Shown: in pieces, positions 25,925 to 28,448 of the stretch
Position numbering within the stretch: position 1 is the first letter of the stretch
Layout: every line of letters begins with the position of its first letter
Assembly: GCA_048941265.1 (NCBI GenBank)
Contig: JBHLNT010000040.1
Coordinates: 1-28,448 of the forward strand
From: Promethearchaeota archaeon
Lineage (GTDB): Archaea; Asgardarchaeota; Lokiarchaeia; Sigyniarchaeales; SOKP01
DNA: 28,448 bases
Direction: 5' to 3'
Position numbers and translations under genes: made by a program
Notes under the pieces: model-generated
Told to the model about the DNA's origin: nothing
Database searches by the model: none
Seen by the model: only the letters and a program-made list of their open reading frames with translations

Positions 25925-27214
25925 CTATTTTCGATAAACTCCATATTTGAAAACCGTTTCAGTCATTGCTTTAACATTTTCTGGTTTAGACTCATCAGGA
26001 ATTCCAGATACACCTCCATCTACAATATAGCCCCCTCCTTCCATGCACCCTTCAATTGACAGCTTAACGTACTCCTCTACTTGCTGAGGGGTACCAGTCA
26101 CTAAAAGAGTAGCGGGTACATTTCCTTTGATACAGGCATAACCTCCAAATTCCTCTTTTCCTTTAATAATATCTGATTGATCAAACCAATATATCAATCT
26201 CCCCTTATGTTTTTTGGCAAATTCGGTAAGATATGGGAATCTGTCCGTATATTTCCCTTCAAAGAAAGGCATAGGGATTAAATCATTTTTAATGAGCCCT
26301 TCCATGATTTTGGTTAATGTTGGCCAATAAAATTCCTCAAATTGTTCGAAGCTCATGAAACCTTCTGCACCTCTATGTAGTGGAATGAAAACAATATTGT
26401 TTTCTTTAAACATTTTTGCTAGATTCACAACAGATGTTATTGAAGATTCAACTAATAATTCTAACAAAGCTTTTAATTCTTCAGGCTTTCGATACATGTC
26501 TAACATTGTTCCTCTCATTCCTCTGAAAAATTCACTCACTACATCATATGGTGCCTGTGTGATATTTAAGAATTGTATTGGATATCCCAGCTTCTTCATA
26601 TCTCTAGAATAATTAAGTTGAGTCTCTATCCAGCTGAAAAACCTCTGACTTGCTTGTTCAATGGTTTGTAGCATTTTTTTTGATTGGGGTAATGCAAAAT
26701 AGGATGGCAACACAAGTTGGGACATATAACCACTAGCAAGACTAATTAAATTGGGAAATTCTGAGAAACCTTCGAGATTTTTATAATGTCTTGGAAGGAG
26801 CTTTCGGAGTAAAAATCCAGTTGGATCTTTAAAAAATTCTCTATATTCATTAGCTTTCATATATTCTCCCTCAACAAATTGATAAGGTATATTATCCTTC
26901 AAACTTTGCGCCTCTTGTTCTGCTCCAGGCCATTTAAAATATTTTACTCCCAATATATCATAGAGTGTTCCGTTAAACATTACTGCGATGGGAGGAACCA
27001 TATCCCAATTGAGAAGACTAAAAGTTTTAATAGTTGCTTGAGCAAACTTTTCTGAGTCATACATTGCTTCTTTTTTGCTCATTCCCTGCTGGTTAGAAGC
27101 ATAAAATGTTGATAATGGTGCAATTGGTACCCTATCAGGTTCTTTTAAGCTTATCGTCGTTAAAACACGTTGAAATCTTTCCTTATAAAGCTCTTTTGGT
27201 TTTTTTTCATTCAT
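25925..27214 (-). CDS. Uroporphyrinogen-decarboxylase/MtaA-fold family protein
   Basis: EPDRVP, APYD...RG...DMYRKPE, FEEFYWP, CIKGNVP and GGGYI. Confidence 0.82.
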   Translation of the reverse strand: MNEKKPKELYKERFQRVLTTISLKEPDRVPIAPLSTFYASNQQGMSKKEAMYDSEKFAQATIKTFSLLNWDMVPPIAVMFNGTLYDILGVKYFKWPGAEQEAQSLKDNIPYQFVEGEYMKANEYREFFKDPTGFLLRKLLPRHYKNLEGFSEFPNLISLASGYMSQLVLPSYFALPQSKKMLQTIEQASQRFFSWIETQLNYSRDMKKLGYPIQFLNITQAPYDVVSEFFRGMRGTMLDMYRKPEELKALLELLVESSITSVVNLAKMFKENNIVFIPLHRGAEGFMSFEQFEEFYWPTLTKIMEGLIKNDLIPMPFFEGKYTDRFPYLTEFAKKHKGRLIYWFDQSDIIKGKEEFGGYACIKGNVPATLLVTGTPQQVEEYVKLSIEGCMEGGGYIVDGGVSGIPDESKPENVKAMTETVFKYGVYRK

Positions 27215-27286
27215 TTTTTGCTATACTATATCTCATTATATTAATCTACTTAATTTAAAGTATTTAATCTTAAACTTAAAAATAAA

Positions 27287-28448
27287 TCATTTTCTATATA
27301 CTCCATATTTATGAGTAGCATCAACCATCGCTTTCACATTTTCAGGTTTAGCCTCATCTGGTATACCAGCAACTCCACCATCTATAATAAAACCACCTCC
27401 ATCTTTGCAATTTTCTATACTCTCTCTCACATAATCCTCAACCTGTTGAGGCGTACCAGTATTTAATAATGATCCGGGTACATTGCCTTTAATGCAAGCA
27501 TGATCTCCAAAAAGTTCTTTTGCTTTACATAAATCAGTTCTATCAAACCAATATAATACTTTCCTTTTATGTTTTTCAGCAAATTCAGCTAAATACTCTA
27601 ACCGTTGATTGTATCCTCCTTCAAGAAATAACCCTGGGATAAAATTATGTTTAATAAGCCCTTCCATTACACTAGTTAAACCGGGCCAATAAAATTCTTC
27701 AAATTGCTCATTACTCATAAAGCCATCAGCACCTCGATGTAGTGGTATGAAAATTACTTTTACTTTCGGTGTCATTTGGGCTAGTTGCAGACCTGCTTTA
27801 ACTTGGCCCTCAACAAACATGCTAGATAATGTTTTTAGCTCTTCTGGATGACGATACATATCAAGCATAGAACCTCTCATTCCTCTGAGTAGGTCACTAA
27901 TGACATCGAATGGAGCTAATGCAATTCCAGAATGAAAAAGGGGAAATCCTAATTTTTTCAAGCTATTACCATAGTTATTAGTAATAGAAAAATATTTTAT
28001 CAAATATTCTGAAGCTGCATTTAATACTTCATTTATTTTTTTTGTTCCTGACATAGCATTAAACATCGGTAAACTAAACATAACCCCCAACCCACTGGCC
28101 AAATTTGAAAATTCTGGAAATTCAGAAAAACCTTGAAGTGCCCCAAATTGTCTCGGAATGACTTTCCTCAAGATAATACCTGTAGAGTCTTCAAATAGTT
28201 CCTCATATTCTTCTGCTTTTAAATATTCTCCCTCTACGAATTGAAAGGGGAGATGATCTTCCAGCCTGGAATTTTCATCAGCGGCCCCAGGCCATTTAAA
28301 TACTCTAGCATCTAAAATGTCCATTAATTCACCTGGCCATATACTTAACAACGGTGGTAAAGCATCGATATTTAAGGATGTTAAAACCTCTAAATATGCC
28401 TTCGCTGTTTTTTCTAAGTCATACATCGCTTCCTTTTTAGTCATCCCA
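27287..28448 (-). CDS. Uroporphyrinogen-decarboxylase/MtaA-fold family protein, 5'-truncated by the window edge
   Basis: Co-linear paralog of 25925-27214 (FKWPGA, QFVEGEY, IPLHRGA, GIPDE, KYGVYRK). The tracked Met corresponds to an internal Met of the paralog and the frame is open to the edge. Confidence 0.82.
   Translation of the reverse strand, partial: GMTKKEAMYDLEKTAKAYLEVLTSLNIDALPPLLSIWPGELMDILDARVFKWPGAADENSRLEDHLPFQFVEGEYLKAEEYEELFEDSTGIILRKVIPRQFGALQGFSEFPEFSNLASGLGVMFSLPMFNAMSGTKKINEVLNAASEYLIKYFSITNNYGNSLKKLGFPLFHSGIALAPFDVISDLLRGMRGSMLDMYRHPEELKTLSSMFVEGQVKAGLQLAQMTPKVKVIFIPLHRGADGFMSNEQFEEFYWPGLTSVMEGLIKHNFIPGLFLEGGYNQRLEYLAEFAEKHKRKVLYWFDRTDLCKAKELFGDHACIKGNVPGSLLNTGTPQQVEDYVRESIENCKDGGGFIIDGGVAGIPDEAKPENVKAMVDATHKYGVYRK

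Noticed and set aside
22086-26612. Short tracked ORFs 22086-22310, 22765-23079, 25584-25826 and 26355-26612
   Set aside because: Antisense shadows of the GH20, AcdA and UROD-like genes.
27214-27289. Possible UGA read-through fusing the two in-frame UROD-like paralogs
   Set aside because: An in-frame TAA lies in the spacer, both paralogs end at the same KYGVYRK, and I saw no SECIS-like structure.

Overview
AT-rich archaeal chromosomal window. A longin-like protein, a Rab-like GTPase, a multi-PAS kinase and the SECIS type suggest an Asgard archaeon, probably Lokiarchaeia; this is an inference from gene content. Most of the window encodes catabolic or housekeeping functions: two GPH-family MFS transporters, a sulfatase, a threonine synthase, a ceramidase-like/LmbE deacetylase fusion, a Zn-ADH, a nucleoside hydrolase, a nucleotidyltransferase, a six-PAS histidine kinase, a J-domain protein, CooC next to a truncated acetyl-CoA-synthase-like protein, a phosphodiesterase, a GH20 hexosaminidase, an HSL esterase, an ADP-forming acyl-CoA ligase alpha subunit and two UROD/MtaA-fold paralogs. 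The strongest signal is missed by the ORF track. The 104-aa ORF at 15985-16299 is the C-terminal part of a 171-aa, cysteine-free AhpC/TSA (peroxiredoxin-like) protein that starts at 16500. Its active site reads FRGGW-TGA-VY-TGA, a UxxU double-selenocysteine motif, and its 3' UTR contains a eukaryote-type SECIS (AUGA...A-rich loop...GA) with an extra side hairpin. The track also misses a 36-aa CxxC/CxxC microprotein, a ferredoxin remnant, a partial gene at the left edge, and the P-loop of the Rab-like GTPase, which lies upstream of its first in-frame ATG. I saw no tRNA, rRNA, CRISPR array or mobile element.
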